Made by a program: the position numbers and the translations under genes. Of a stretch of 64,000 nt of DNA, positions 11,737-25,948 are shown piece by piece. Each line of letters begins with the position of its first letter. Position 1 is the stretch's first letter. Under the pieces are notes generated by a model. That model was not told the DNA's origin, searched no databases, and saw only the letters and a program-made list of their open reading frames with translations. The DNA comes from Eledone cirrhosa (Eukaryota), in contig OZ024741.1 of NCBI GenBank assembly GCA_964016885.1, positions 388,058,001-388,122,000 of the forward strand, given 5' to 3'.

Positions 11737-12699
11737 GAAACAGCAAGCAAACAGCCACAGGAAACAAGTACCACCAATCTCTGGGAGGGCCCTGTAGAAA
11801 CAGTAGACAGCTTCTGCTACCTAGGTGACCGAATTAGCAACGGAGGTGGGTGCTCAGAAAGTACAATAACTAGGGTAAGAACGGGATGGAAGAAGTTTAG
11901 GGAACTACTACCACTGCTAGCTGCAAAAGGCTTCTCCCTCAGAATGAAAGGCAGACTGTATGATGCGTGTATCCGAACAGCGATGTTGCATGGTAGTGAG
12001 ACCTGGGCGCTGAAGGTGGAAGACTTACGTAGATTAGAGAGAAACGAAGCCTGCATGCTCCGATGGATGTGTAACAGTAATATACGTGAACAACAAAGCA
12101 TAAAGGAATTGAGAGAGAGACTGAGCATAAGAGGAATCAAATGCTGCGTGCAGGAGAGGCGGTTACGCTGGTATGGACATGTGATGCGTATGAAGGATGA
12201 CAGCTGCATAAAAAGGTGCAGAGCACTAGAAGTTGATGGAAACCGCGGAGTGGGGAAACCCAAGATGACTTGGAATGAGGTGATAAAAGCCGACCTTACC
12301 CAACTACACCTCTCAAAGTCAATGACACACGACCGTGACTTCTGGCGTCACGCAGTAATACAGGGTACCCGACCTCCCATGGGTACATGCTGAAACATAT
12401 AAACAATATCCCCCCCCCCCCCCCCCCACCGCAAGGTGGTCGTGGAGGTGCCACGGCAAAAAAGCACCCAGCCCACATTGTAAAGTGGACGTGTAGGCGC
12501 CACGAAAAAGCACCCAGCACTCACTGTAAATGAGGTTGGTGTTAGGAAGGGCATCCAGCTGTAGAAATCAAGCCAGATCAGTTCCTGTATGAGCAAGGCA
12601 TGGTCAGCCGACCAGACACTGCCCACAACAGGACAACCCGTCTAACCCATGCTAGCGTGGAAGAACGAACGTAAAACGGTGATGATGATGATGATGATG
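11737..12699 (+). mobile_element. RTE family 2, 5'-truncated copy C
   Basis: ORF ends ...IQGTRPPMGTC* at 12393; distinct 3'UTR; (GAT)n tail; nearly identical to 14411-15371. Confidence 0.95.
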
Positions 12700-13765
<1,066 letters not shown>

Positions 13766-15370
13766 GCGCTCTTCCTTGTGAGGCAATTATAGGAAAAGTA
13801 CCTAGCTAAAAGTAAGCCACTCTACTTGGCATTTGTCGACCTTGAGAAAGCCTTTGACAGAGTTCCACGTGCAGTAATCTGGTGGGCTCTTAGAAAACTA
13901 GGAATAAAAGAATGGCTTGTGAAAGCGGTACAAGCCATGTATAGGGGAGCAGTCAGCAAAGTTAGGATTGGCAATGAGTATAGCGAGGAATTTAGCGTAC
14001 AGGTTGGGGTCCACCAGGGCTCTGTTCTTAGCCCTCTCCTGTTCATCATAGTCCTGCAGGCAATAACGGAGGAGTTTAAGACCGGATGCCCATGGGAACT
14101 CCTGTATGCTGATGACCTCGCACTCATAGCTGAATCTATGGTAGAACTAGAGAATAAATTCCAAACCTGGAAGCAGGGACTAGAGAGAAAGGGCCTCAAA
14201 GTCAACATGACAAAGACTAAGGTCCTTATAAGTAGACGAGAAAACAGAACCCAGATCCCCTCAGGGAAATGGCCTTGCTCAGTATGTAGGAAAGGTGTAG
14301 GTAGGAACTCCATTCTTTGCCCCAAATGCAAACAATGGGTACACAAGAGATGTAGCGGGATCTCAGGAAGCTTAATTAAGAATGTAGGATTCACATGCAG
14401 CAGCTGTGCTGAAACAGCAAGCAAACAGCCACAGGAAACAAGTACCACCAATCTCTGGGAGGGCCCTGTAGAAACAGTAGACAGCTTCTGCTACCTAGGT
14501 GACCGAATTAGCAACGGAGGTGGGTGCTCAGAAAGTACAATAACTAGGGTAAGAACGGGATGGAAGAAGTTTAGGGAACTACTACCACTGCTAGCTGCAA
14601 AAGGCTTCTCCCTCAGAATGAAAGGCAGACTGTATGATGCGTGTATCCGAACAGCGATGTTGCATGGTAGTGAGACCTGGGCGCTGAAGGTGGAAGACTT
14701 ACGTAGATTAGAGAGAAACGAAGCCTGCATGCTCCGATGGATGTGTAACAGTAATATACGTGAACGACAAAGCATAAATGAATTGAGAGAGAGACTGAGC
14801 ATAAGAGGAATCAAATGCTGCGTGCAGGAGAGGCGGTTACGCTGGTATGGACATGTGATGCGTATGAAGGATGACAGCTGCATAAAAAGGTGCAGAGCAC
14901 TAGAAGTTGATGGAAACCGCGGAGTGGGGAGACCCAAGATGACTTGGGATGAGGTGATAAAAGCCGACCTTACCCAACTACACCTCTCAAAGTCAATGAC
15001 ACACGACCGTTACTTCTGGCGTCACGCAGTAATACAGGGTACCCGACCTCCCATGGGTACATGCTGAAGCATATAAACAATATGCCCCCCCCCCCCCCAC
15101 CGCAAGGTGGTCGTGGAGGTGCCACGGCAAAAAAGCACCCAGCCCACACTGTAAAGTGGACGTGTAGGCGCCACGAAAAAGCACCCAGCACTCACTGTAA
15201 ATGAGGTTGGTGTTAGGAAGGGCATCCAGCTGTAGAAATCAAGCCAGATCAGTTCCTGTATGAGCAAGGCATGGTCAGCCGACCAGACACTGCCCACAAC
15301 AGGACAACCCGTCTAACCCATGCTAGCGTGGAAGAACGGACGTAAAACGGTGATGATGATGATGATGATG

Positions 15371-15371
<1 letters not shown>
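13766..15371 (+). mobile_element. RTE family 2, 5'-truncated copy D (RT domains 3-7, PHD-type finger, C-terminus)
   Basis: ORF 13826-15067 with FVDLEKAFD, GVHQGS, YADD, CSVC...CPKC...H..C...CSSC; (GAT)n tail. Confidence 0.95.
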
Positions 15372-15449
<78 letters not shown>

Positions 15450-15493
15450 CATATACATATACATATATATATATATATATATACATATATATA

Positions 15494-16035
15494 TTGGCGA
15501 CTAAACTGGCAACCCCACCAAGGTTTCTTGGTGAGGAGGGTGACTTTGGACATCCTGCAGGACTAAAAACAAAACCTGTCAAAGGGCAAAGGAGCTCTTA
15601 AGAGTCAATGGCCATCCAAAATCACTGGGAGAGATGACCCCTTAGCCTTTGTCAAGGCAGAATTCTAGGAGAAGGAAAACTCTGATATAATACCTGCAAC
15701 CCTGATGGTATCCAATGATGTTGACTTGTTCTTCTTTTTGGTAAATATCATCTTGGTTAAGAGAGTGGGACTGGCTTTGTGCAGTGCCTTTGCTCACTAT
15801 AAAAGCTTCACGGCACAGGCATTGCTTTATATCTGGAGATCTCTCTGCACTTGTCGTCACAAGGTACCATGGGCCCAGCACTATGTGTCAATAATTGTCA
15901 CAAATGTAGTGTTTGTACCAGAGTTTTCAAGTCGCTGGCTGGACTAAAAAGTCACACTCGTTCGGCGCATCGGTAGGGGTTCTCCTACATGGATATAAAG
16001 TAGTGGCCGTACTCGAAGACGAGTTGGCAGCCACC

Positions 16036-16036
<1 letters not shown>
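15494..16036 (+). mobile_element. Non-coding repeat X copy 1 (RTE 5'UTR-like, 5'-truncated relative to copy 2)
   Basis: Matches 17296-17838 with a handful of substitutions; contains CTAGGAGAAGGAAAACTCTGA, a motif I recall from RTE/BovB-like 5'UTRs; decayed relative at ~44810-44990. Confidence 0.55.
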
Positions 16037-16112
<76 letters not shown>

Positions 16113-16130
16113 TGTATATGTATATATATG

Positions 16131-16184
<54 letters not shown>

Positions 16185-16294
16185 TGTATATGTATATATA
16201 TGTATATATATATATATATATGTATATGTATATGTATATATATGTATATATATATATATATATATATGTATATGTATATATATGTATATATATG

Positions 16295-16351
<57 letters not shown>

Positions 16352-16404
16352 ATATATATATATGTATGTATATATATATATGTATGTATATATATATATG
16401 TATG

Positions 16405-16479
<75 letters not shown>

Positions 16480-16526
16480 GTATATATATGTATATATATA
16501 TATGTATATATATATGTATATATATA

Positions 16527-16559
<33 letters not shown>

Positions 16560-16657
16560 ATGTATGTATATGTATGTGTATGTATATGTATATATATGTA
16601 TATGTATATATATATGTATATGTATATATGTATATGTATGTATATGTATATGTATGT
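16037..16657. repeat. Degenerate (TA)n/(TATG)n microsatellite
   Basis: Direct reading. Confidence 0.98.
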
Positions 16658-17150
16658 ATCATCATCATCATCATCATCATCAGGTTTAGCGTCCGTGTTC
16701 CACGCTTGCATGGGTTTGGACGGGGGTTTTCCCACTTGAGGCAAGAGTGGTTGTCTTGCTCGCATAGGACTGTCTGGCGGGTTTTCTACAGTTGGATGCC
16801 CTTCCTAACACCAACCACATTTACTGTGTGGGGCTGGGAGGTTTTTACCGTGTTGCCTACACGGCCACATTACAGCGTGGACTGTCTGGCGGGTTTTCTA
16901 CAGCTGGATGCCCTTCCTAACACCAACCACATTTACAGTGTGGGGCTGGGAGGTTTTTACCGTGTTGCCTACACGGCCACATTTACAGCGTGGACTGTGT
17001 GTTTTTGTCGTGACACCTACACGATCTCATTTGTTTCGGCCTGGATGTTGTGGGACCAACATAACTTTACATTGAAAGGGGCGGTGTGGAGGTGGTGGGA
17101 CGGGGGTGTGTTTTGATAGAGGTGCCTACTGACTGTAGTAGGTTTTTATG
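16658..17150 (-). mobile_element. RTE family 1 3'UTR-only copy E with internal ~116-bp tandem duplication
   Basis: (ATC)n tail; GACTGTCTGGCGGGTTTTCTACAG segment repeated, as in copies H/H'. Confidence 0.9.
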
Positions 17151-17229
17151 TACATATATATGTATATGTATATATATATGTATATATGTATATGTATGTA
17201 TATGTACATATATGTATATGTATATATAT

Positions 17230-17838
17230 GTCAGGTCACCAGTTGGTGCTACTGGTAACATGTATCCCAGTACAACCTGTCCCATGGTCGGGTCGTTGGC
17301 GACTAAACTGGCAACCCCACCAAGGTTTCTTGGTGAGGAGGGTGACTTTGGACATCCTGCAGGACTAAAAACAAAACCTGTCAAAGGGCAAAGGAGCTCT
17401 TAAGAGTCAATGGCCATCCAAAATCACCGGGAGAGATGACCCCTTAGCCTTTGTCAAGGCAGAATTCTAGGAGAAGGAAAACTCTGATATAACACCTGCA
17501 ACCCTGATGGTATCCAATGATGTTGACTTGTTCTTCTTTTTGGTAAATATCATCTTGGTTAAGAGAGTGGGACTGGCTTTGTGCAGTGCCTTTGCTCACT
17601 ATAAAAGCTTCACGGCACAGGCATTGCTTTATATCTGGAGATCTCTCTGCACTTGTCGTCACATGGTACCATGGGCCCAGCACTATGTGTCAGTAATTGT
17701 CACAAGTGTAGTGTTTGTACCAGAGTTTTCAAGTCGCTGGCTGGACTAAAAAGTCACACTCGTTCAGCGCATCGGTAGGGGTTCTCCTACATGGATATAA
17801 AGTAGTGGCCGTACTCGAAAACGAGTTGGCAGCCACCA
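17230..17838 (+). mobile_element. Non-coding repeat X copy 2 (RTE 5'UTR-like, with extra 5' structured head)
   Basis: See copy 1; (TA)n on both sides. Confidence 0.55.
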
Positions 17839-17982
17839 TGTATATATATATGTATATGTATATATATATGTATATATATATGTATATATATATGTATATG
17901 TATATATATATGTATATATGTATATGTATGTATATGTACATATATGTATATGTATATATATATGTATATGTATATATATATG

Positions 17983-18059
<77 letters not shown>

Positions 18060-18418
18060 GTATATGTATATATGTATATGTATGTATATGTATGTATATG
18101 TATGTATATGTATATATATATATATATGTATATATATGTGTATGTATATGTATATATATATATATATGTATATATATGTATATGTATATATGTATATATA
18201 TGTATTTGTATATGTATGTATATGTATATATATGTATATGTATGTATATGTATATATATGTATACGTATGTATATGTATATATATGTATATATATGTATA
18301 CATATGTATGTATATATATGTATATGTATATGTGTATATATATGTGTATGTATATATATGTATATGTATATGTATATATATGTATATATATGTATATGTA
18401 TGTATATGTATATATATG

Positions 18419-18471
<53 letters not shown>

Positions 18472-18860
18472 ATATATATGTATGTATGTATATATATATG
18501 TACGTATATATATATATATGTATGTATATATATATGTATGTATGTATATATATATGTACGTATATATATATATATGTATGTATATATATATGTATGTATA
18601 TATATATATATATATGTATGTATATATATATGTATATGTATATATACATATATGTATATATATATATGTATATGTATATATATATATATTTGTATATATA
18701 TGTATATCTATATATATATATTTGTATATATATATATATACATATAAATATGTATATATATATATATATATATCTATATGTATATATATGTATATATATA
18801 TATTTGTATATATATGTATATATATATATTTGTATATATATATATATCCATATACATATG

Positions 18861-18892
<32 letters not shown>

Positions 18893-18917
18893 CATACATA
18901 CATACATATATACATAC

Positions 18918-18949
<32 letters not shown>

Positions 18950-19001
18950 GTATATATATATATGTATATATATAGATGCTTATATATATGTATATATATA
19001 T
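17839..19001. repeat. Degenerate (TA)n/(TATG)n microsatellite, ~1.16 kb
   Basis: Direct reading. Confidence 0.98.
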
Positions 19002-19348
19002 GGAGGCACATGGCTTAGTGGTTAGAGCATTGGCCTTGCAATCTAAAGGTTGTGAGTTCAATTCTCAGACCGGGTGATGTGTTGTTTCCTTGAGCAAGGC
19101 ACTTTATTTCACATTGCTCCAGTTTACTCAGCTGTAGAAATGAGATGATAGGGACTGGTGTCCCTATCATTCCACTGTAAAGTGGTCGTGGAGGTGCCAC
19201 GGCAAAAAAGCACCCAGCACTCACTGTAAATGAGGTTGGTGTTAGGAAGGGCATCCAGCTGTAGAAATCAAGCCAGCATCAGTTCCCATCCCACCCTTGC
19301 AAGCAGGGAAAAAGCGGATGTAAAATGAAATGATGATGAAATGATGAT
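19002..19348 (+). mobile_element. tRNA-derived SINE copy 2
   Basis: Near-identical to 7605-7945. Confidence 0.88.
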
Positions 19349-19366
19349 ATATGTATATATATATAC

Positions 19367-19436
<70 letters not shown>

Positions 19437-19454
19437 GTATATATATATATATAT

Positions 19455-19562
19455 ATACAAGTAAATATAAATTAATATATATGATGAAACACAAATACCT
19501 AACATATCTGGTATGTTGGTATTTGTGTTTCATCATATATATTAATTTATATTTACTTGTAT
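19455..19562. repeat. Near-perfect palindrome (~50-bp arms, short loop)
   Basis: ATACAAGTAAATATAAATTAATATATATGATGAAACACAAATACC...GGTATTTGTGTTTCATCATATATATTAATTTATATTTACTTGTAT. Confidence 0.9.
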
Positions 19563-19663
19563 TACACGGCTCAGAAATATTTTTTTGTTTGAGCTATTTC
19601 ATTGTAAAGGAATACTTGAGTTTTGAACTCAATACACTTAATATATATATATATATATGTGTG

Positions 19664-19780
<117 letters not shown>

Positions 19781-19781
19781 G

Positions 19782-19816
<35 letters not shown>

Positions 19817-19885
19817 GTATATATATATATGTATAAATATATATGTATATATATATATGTATATATATATATATTTATATATATG

Positions 19886-19916
<31 letters not shown>

Positions 19917-19983
19917 GTATATATATATATGTATATATATATATGTATATATATATGTATATATATATATATGTATATATATA

Positions 19984-22900
19984 TCATCATCATCATCATC
20001 GTTTAACGTCCATGTTCCACGCTTGCATGGGTTTGGACGGGAGTTTTCCCACTTGAGGCAAGAGCGGTTGTCTTGCTCGCATAGGACTGTCTGGCGGGTT
20101 TTCTACAGTTGGATGCCCTTCCTAACACCAACCACATTTACAGTGTGGGGCTGGGAGGTTTTTACCGTGTTGCCTACACGGCCACATTACAGCGTGGACT
20201 GTGTGTTTTTTTGTCGTGACACCTACACGATCTCATTTGTTTCGGCCTTTACATTGAAGGGGGCGGTGTGGATGGGGTGGGGGGGACGGGGGTGTATTTT
20301 GTTAGAGATGCCTACTGACTGTAATGGGTTTTACTTTGTATTTAGGTAAGGCGGGTCTTCTCGATTACTGAGTACCGCCAAAGATCTCAGTCCAGTGACA
20401 TAGTCTTGAAGAGGTGTAAGTGTGTGAGGTCGGAGTTTATCAGGTCGTCCCAGGTTTTTCTGGGTCTGCCTACTCCGTGGCTACCGTCTATCTTTATTGC
20501 CCTGCACTTTTTTTATACAGCTGTCGTCTTTCATGCGCATCACGTGACCATACCAACGTAGCCTTCTCTCGAGTAAACAACATCTGATCCCTCTTATTTC
20601 TAATTTTTCCCTTAGTTCGTTTATGCTTTGCCGTTCGCGTATATTACTATTACACATCCAGCGGAGCATGCAAGCTTCGTTCCTCTCTGAACTTTTTCCA
20701 TCCAGTTCTGACTCTAGCTACTGTACTTTCAGAGCACCCTCCCCCACTGCTGATTTTGTCACCCAGGTAACGGAAGCTGTCCACTATTTCTATAGAGCCC
20801 TCTGCGCAGTTGAAAGAGCTAGTATTTTGTGGGCACTTGCTGCTACTTATTGCACCAGAGCACCGGCCACATGCGAAATCTATGTTCTTAGTTAGCTTGC
20901 CTGTGATCCCACTACATCTTTTATGCACCCATACTTTGCATTTCTGACACAAAATGGAGTTTCTACCTACGCCTTTCCTACACACTGAGCATGGCCACTT
21001 CACGGAAGGGACCGCCGTCTTATTTTGTTTCCTACAAACTTGAACTTTGGTCTTAGCCAGATTAATTTTAAGGCCTTTTGATTCTAGGCCGTGCTTCCAT
21101 GTTTGGAATTTCTTCTCTAGCTCGGCCATTGATTCAGCTATGAGTGTTAGGTCATCTGCGTATAGGAGTTCCCATGGGCAGCCGGTCTTGAACTCCTCTG
21201 TTATAGCCTGAAGGGCAATAATAAATAGTAGAGGGCTGAGAACAGAGCCCTGATGGACGCCAACTTTTACGCTAAACTCTTCACTATATTCGTTGTTAAT
21301 TCTAACCTTGCTGACTGTTTCTTTATACATGGCTTGTATAGCTCTCACAAGCCATTCGTCAACGCCTAGTTTTCTAAGAGCCCACCAGATAATGGAGCGG
21401 AGGACTCTGTCGAAGGCTTTCTCCAAGTCGACAAAAGCTAAGTAGAGGGGTTTACCTTTAGCTAGGTACTTCTCCTGTAGTTGTCGTACAATGAAAAGAG
21501 CGTCTGTGGTACTTTTGCCTGACACAAACCCGAACGGCATTTCATCTAGGTCAATTCTCTCTCTGATTAGTTGCGCTATTACTTTTTCCGTGACCTTCAT
21601 GACCTGGTCGATTAATTTAATGGCTCTATAGTTACTCCTATCTAGGGCGTCTCCTTTACCCTTATAACAGTTAACGATGATGCTGCTATGCCAGTCCTTC
21701 GGAACAACCCCATTCTGTACGACTTGGTTAACTATCCGGGTGACCATGGTGTGTCCCACCGTGCCAGATGCCTTCAGCATCTCAGCAACTATTTCCGAAG
21801 GCCCAGCCGCCTTACCCGTCTTCATATCCTTGATTGCCTTACTTATTATACTACCCTCGACTAACACTGCTGGTCCCTCTATTGGGTCGATGTGGGGGAG
21901 ACTGTCTTTCTCCCATTTATTGTCCTCATTTAGTAGCCTTTCATAGTGACACTTCCAAGCTACCTTCTTATCAGCGTCGGTGATGGCAAGTACGCCGTCA
22001 TCATTAAGTACACACTTCTCCCCGACAATATCACGGTTTTCCTTGACACATTGCCTAGCAATCCTGAACATCTCACGTTTTTGGTCCTCGCGTTGTAGAA
22101 CATGCTTGAACTTTCTTTCCTCTGCTTCCCTTCTTGCGAAGTACACTTGTCTCCTGGCTTCCCTCCTGGCCACTTGATAGTCTTCTCTACTTCCCCCATC
22201 CCGCCATACTTTCCAAGCCTGCTTTCTGGCCTTAATTGACCCCTCCACCTTACTGTTCCACCACCATGTTACTCTCCTCCTGCCTACAGGCCTGCTCCAG
22301 CCACAGACTTCGTCTGCCGCCATCAGCAGGTTTGCCGTCAGGATTCCCACTGTCCCTCTATATTGTCCGACTCTAAATGCTCTTCCTTACTGTCGAAAGC
22401 ATCAAGTAATATGCTTTGGAATTTATTTCTGGCTGTGGGGTCCTTTAGCTTCCATATTTTTCTCCTGAGGATTGTCCTCTTCTGCTGTCGAGTACGTCTC
22501 GTCCTGACTATGAGGTCGCTAATTATCAGTCTATGTTGGGAGGTGCATTCTTCATGGGGGAGGGATTTAGTGTTTACAACAGACACTCTGTCACGTCTTC
22601 TGGTAAGGATATAATCTACCTGGCTTGTGTGTTCCCCGGATCTATAGGTGATCAGGTGATTGTCACGTTTTTTGAAGTTAGTGTTACAGATAGTTAGGTT
22701 ATTTGCGTCACAGAATTCCAGGATTCTGGAGCCTTCCTCATTTCTAGTACCAAACCCATAGCCTCCATGGATTTCGTCTCTAGCCGTCACAATGTTGTCC
22801 AACGTGACCATTTAGGTCGCCTGCAATAATTATATAGTCACTGTCGGTTATTTGGGAGGTAGTGAGCATCAGTGTCTCATAGAATCTGTCTTTTATAGTG

Positions 22901-24263
22901 CCGGACAGTCCGGATTGGGGTGCGTATGCAGATATTACTGTCACCATAGTTCTATTGAGGACAAGTCTTATTTTAATTATTTTGTCGTTCACTCTATTTA
23001 CGTCTATTATCTTATCTGCCCACTTTTCTGCTACCATGATTCCTACTCCACCCAGCCCATCGTCATTTCCCACCCAGAAAAGCTTATAGCATCGTTTTTT
23101 ACCCTCAATGAATCTAGCAGACCCACCCCTCCACCCGGTCTCTTGAATACAACAAACATCGACCTCCTTACGTTCAAGCATTTCTACAACCTCGTTAGAG
23201 CGACCCTTTAAGGTGCCTACATTTATGGTACCAACTCTGAAGTTTTGGATTGCGTTTGGAGGGTGGGAGTGGTGGGGAGCGGGGGGAGATGGGGTTATGT
23301 TAGCCATCCGCGGCCGAAACAAAGAAGAGTGCTCGCATTCTCGTCCACGAGGTGAATTTGTCTTTATCTTTGGCATTGTCGCTGAGCGTCCAGATTTTTC
23401 TCTCTTCCACTCTCCAGGATTCCGTAGTCCATCCATCCATCATATATCGAAAGGCAACCAGGCAAGCGATAGTATAGGCCTCTGGCTTATGATTGGTCCA
23501 CGTAATAATAATGGTGCTGCGTGGGGGCTCTGGCTTATGATTGGTCCACGTATTAACAATGGTGGTGCGTGGGGGCGGGAGGGAGGGGTGTTGGGTAGAT
23601 AGCTAGAAGGTAAGGATTGAATGAGGTCCTCGTATTTAACAAGTGATAACAAAAATACAAGATTTGTTCTGTTCAATACGACAACTACATTTAGGATTTG
23701 GCAAGATTGGAGGTTTGGACTGGGTACGAAATGGAGTGTGGAGATGGTAGAAAAATGTGTACATCACGTTACATGATATACCGTGAAGAAGCAGCGATGA
23801 ATTTGGCGAATGTGATTTACTTGAAGGGTTTATCTTATATATATATAGCTAAGAGAGAGAGGGGGAGAGAGAGAGAGATGGGGGAGGGGATAGGTTTGGC
23901 CGCATGATGTAGGTATTGGGGTGGCTGACCGCGAAACCCTTATGAAGTAGAGGGAGGGGGGGAGGGGGCGAAGGTAGTAGGAGCGGGAGTTTAGAGTTTT
24001 CGAAGTAGCATAATATATTTAAAAGAATTTATACGAAGAAGAAGGAAAGGATTTTGTTTTGTTTTGAAAATACGATAGAATTAAGGAATTAAGGTTGGGT
24101 AGATAGCTAGAGGTAAGGATTGAATGAGGTCCTCGTATTTAACAAGCGATAACAAAAATACAAGATTTGTTCTGTTCAATACGACAAAAACCCTCGTATT
24201 TAACAAGTAATAACAAAAAATACAGATTTCTTTTAGGAATACGACAACTACATTTAGGATTTG
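19984..24263 (-). mobile_element. RTE family 1, full-length disrupted copy F
   Basis: ORF pieces 22780-23436, 22338-22811, 20650-22350, 20481-20669; 137-bp deletion at ~20688; 5' region with ~500-bp partial tandem repeat (23590, 24093). Confidence 0.95.
23492..23550 (+). promoter_or_regulatory. Two ATTGG-N-CCACG motifs (ERSE-II consensus: CCAAT box + CCACG) in the RTE 5' region
   Basis: Exact ATTGGTCCACG at 23492-23502 and 23540-23550; also 545-555 (reverse complement), 29498 and 29546; one-mismatch versions at 35646 and 35694. Motif match only. Confidence 0.35.
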
Positions 24264-24289
24264 TATATATATATATGTATATATGTATG

Positions 24290-24331
<42 letters not shown>

Positions 24332-24348
24332 TATGTATGTATATATAT

Positions 24349-25909
24349 AAAGTTGGTGTCCATCAGGGCTCTGTTCTTAGCCCCCTACTATTTATTATTG
24401 CCCTTCAGGCTATAACAGAGGAGTTCAAGACCGGCTGCCCATGGGAACTCCTATACGCAGATGACCTAACACTCATAGCTGAATCAATGACCGAACTAGA
24501 GAAGAAATTCCAAACATGGAAGCACGGCCTAGAATCAAAAGGCCTTAAAATTAACCTGGCTAAGACTAAAGTTCTAGTTTGTAGGAAAGAAAATAAGGCG
24601 GCTGTCCCATCTGGGAAATGGCCATGCTCAGTGTGTAGGAAAGGCGTAGGTAGAAACTCCATTTTATGTCCCAAATGCAAAGTATGGGTGCATAAAAGAT
24701 GTAGTGGGATCACAGGTAAGCTAACTAAGAACATAGATTTTACATGTGGCCGGTGCTCTGGTGCAATAAGTAGCAGCAAGTGCCCACAAAATACTAGCTC
24801 CTTCAACTGCGCAGAGGGTTCTATAGAAATAGTGGACAGCTTCCGTTATCTGGGTGACAAAATCAGCAGTGGGGGAGGGTGCTCTGAAAGTACAGTAGCT
24901 AGAGTCAGAACTGGATGGAAAAAGTTCAGAGAGCTTATACCACTATTAGCCGCTAGAGGGTTCTCCCTAAAAATGAAAGGCAGGTTGTACGATGCCTGCA
25001 TACGAACAGCAATGCTGCATGGCAGTGAGACCTGGGCATTGTGTGCAGAGGATATACGCAGACTAGAGAGGAACGAAGCTTGCATGCTCCGCTGGATGTG
25101 TAATAGTAATATACGTGAACGGCAAAGCATAAACGAACTAAGGAAAAAATTAGAAATAAGAGGGATCAGATGTTGTTTACTCGAGAGAAGGCTACGTTGG
25201 TACGGTCACGTGATGCGCATGAAAGACGACAGCTGTATAACAAAGTGCAGGGCAATAAAGATAGACGGTAGCCATGGAGTAGGCAGACCCAGAAAAACAT
25301 GGGACGAGCTGATAAATTCCGACCTCACACGCTTACACCTCTCCAAGACAATGTCACTGGACCGAGACCTTTGGCGGTACTCAGTAATAGAGAAAACCCG
25401 CCTTACCTAAATACAAAGTAAAAACCTACTACAGTCAGTAGGCATCTCTATCAAAACACACCCCCGTCCCTCCACCCCACCCACACCACCCCTTTCAATG
25501 TAAAGTTATGTTGGTCCCACAACATCCAGGCCGAAACAAATGAGATCGTGTAGGTGTCACAACAAAAAACACACAGTCCACGCTGTAAATGTGGCCGTGT
25601 AGGCAACACGGTAAAAACCTCCCAGCCCCACACTGTAAATGTGGTTGGTGTTAGGAAGGGCATCCAGCTGTAGAAAACCCGCCAGACAGTCCACGCTGTA
25701 ATGTGGCCGTGTAGGCAACACGGTAAAAACCTCCCAGCCCCACACTGTAAATGTGGTTGGTGTTAGGAAGGGCATCCAACTGTAGAAAACCCGCCAGACA
25801 GTCCTATGCGAGCAAGACAACCACTCTTGCCTCAAGTAGGAAAACCCCCGTCCAAACCCATGCAAGCGTGGAACACGGACGCTAAACCTGATGATGATGA
25901 TGATGATGA
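24349..25909 (+). mobile_element. RTE family 1, 5'-truncated copy H
   Basis: Open frame KVGVHQGS...YADD...EKTRLT* ending 25410; 3'UTR internal duplication; (GAT)n tail. Confidence 0.95.
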
Positions 25910-25948
25910 TATATATATATGTATGTATATATATATATATATATATGT

